A stretch of DNA of 54,902 bases from Verrucomicrobia bacterium UBA1412 (GTDB taxonomy: Bacteria; Verrucomicrobiota; Verrucomicrobiia; Limisphaerales; UBA1412). Below the pieces are notes generated by a model, which ran no database searches, was not told the origin of the DNA, and saw nothing but the letters and a program-made list of their open reading frames with translations. Location: assembly GCA_002305615.1 (NCBI GenBank), contig DBPU01000026.1, positions 40,660-95,561 of the forward strand, written 5' to 3'. Within the stretch, counting starts at the first letter, position 1, and each line of letters starts with the position of its first letter. Made by a program: the position numbers and the translations under genes. Positions 54,669 to 54,902 of this stretch are shown in pieces.

Positions 54669-54902
54669 CTATTCTGAAGGCTCCATAAAAATAAACTGCC
54701 CCATCCTGTGAATCACCTGTCCATCAGGCTTGTGAATCGCCACCTCCACCTTCAGCATCTCAGGAACGGAGCGGGCACTTCCACTGTAAAAACCGATCGT
54801 CTCAGCCTCCACCTCCTCCGTCTCTATATCGTAGGCCCATTCTTCAAAAGGCGCATCAAAGCGAACACCCTCCACATTTTCAGCATCCACAAGGCCCATC
54901 TG
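54669..54902 (-). CDS. C-terminal fragment of a further operon gene, probably a GspI/GspH-like minor pseudopilin; the 5' end lies beyond the right edge
   Basis: The open frame continues to the window edge. It sits 9 nt upstream of the GspJ-like gene on the same strand. The call rests mostly on position, as no diagnostic motif is visible in the 77 aa present. Confidence 0.35.
   Translation of the reverse strand, partial: QMGLVDAENVEGVRFDAPFEEWAYDIETEEVEAETIGFYSGSARSVPEMLKVEVAIHKPDGQVIHRMGQFIFMEPSE

Noticed and set aside
1-54902. Search by eye for tRNA, rRNA, CRISPR arrays, IS elements, integrases, phage genes, toxin-antitoxin pairs or defence-system hallmarks
   Set aside because: I recognised none. 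Every gap over 150 nt was inspected, and all large ORFs have other assignments. A tRNAscan, Infernal or ISfinder run would be needed to exclude small elements.

Overview
This is a 54.9-kb chromosomal window of about 50% GC with dense coding and no rRNA, tRNA, CRISPR, transposase or integrase that I could recognise. The gene content points to the PVC superphylum, probably Verrucomicrobiota-like (inference only): Tat-signal Gfo/Idh/MocA enzymes, a GH29 fucosidase, PQQ/BamB-like propellers and GldG+DUF4340 ABC modules. The left ~39 kb mixes three kinds of genes. Housekeeping: purM, ispA, pgl and a hemD fusion. Glycan catabolism: GH29 fucosidase, a beta-propeller glycoside hydrolase, a periplasmic mutarotase and two Tat-exported Gfo/Idh/MocA proteins. 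Envelope: the lplT-aas lysophospholipid recycling pair, a BamE-like lipoprotein, a Cache-HAMP-SpoIIE sensor phosphatase, and two paralogous ABC ATPase/ABC-2 permease/GldG-like/DUF4340 modules, one of them coupled to a 1104-aa AsmA-like protein. The right ~16 kb (38.9 kb to the window edge) is one tightly packed minus-strand T2SS/T4P-like operon. In transcription order it reads: partial minor pseudopilin, GspJ-like, GspK-like, PilM-PilN fusion, PilO/GspM-PilP fusion, secretin, lipoprotein. The secretin is the main finding. It is a single 3227-aa ORF with an N0 domain, about 33 tandem secretin N-domain modules (counted by eye) and a canonical C-terminal secretin core. The module array contains five near-exact 150-aa two-module super-repeats. 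All calls come from reading the translations and DNA by eye; no database search was run.
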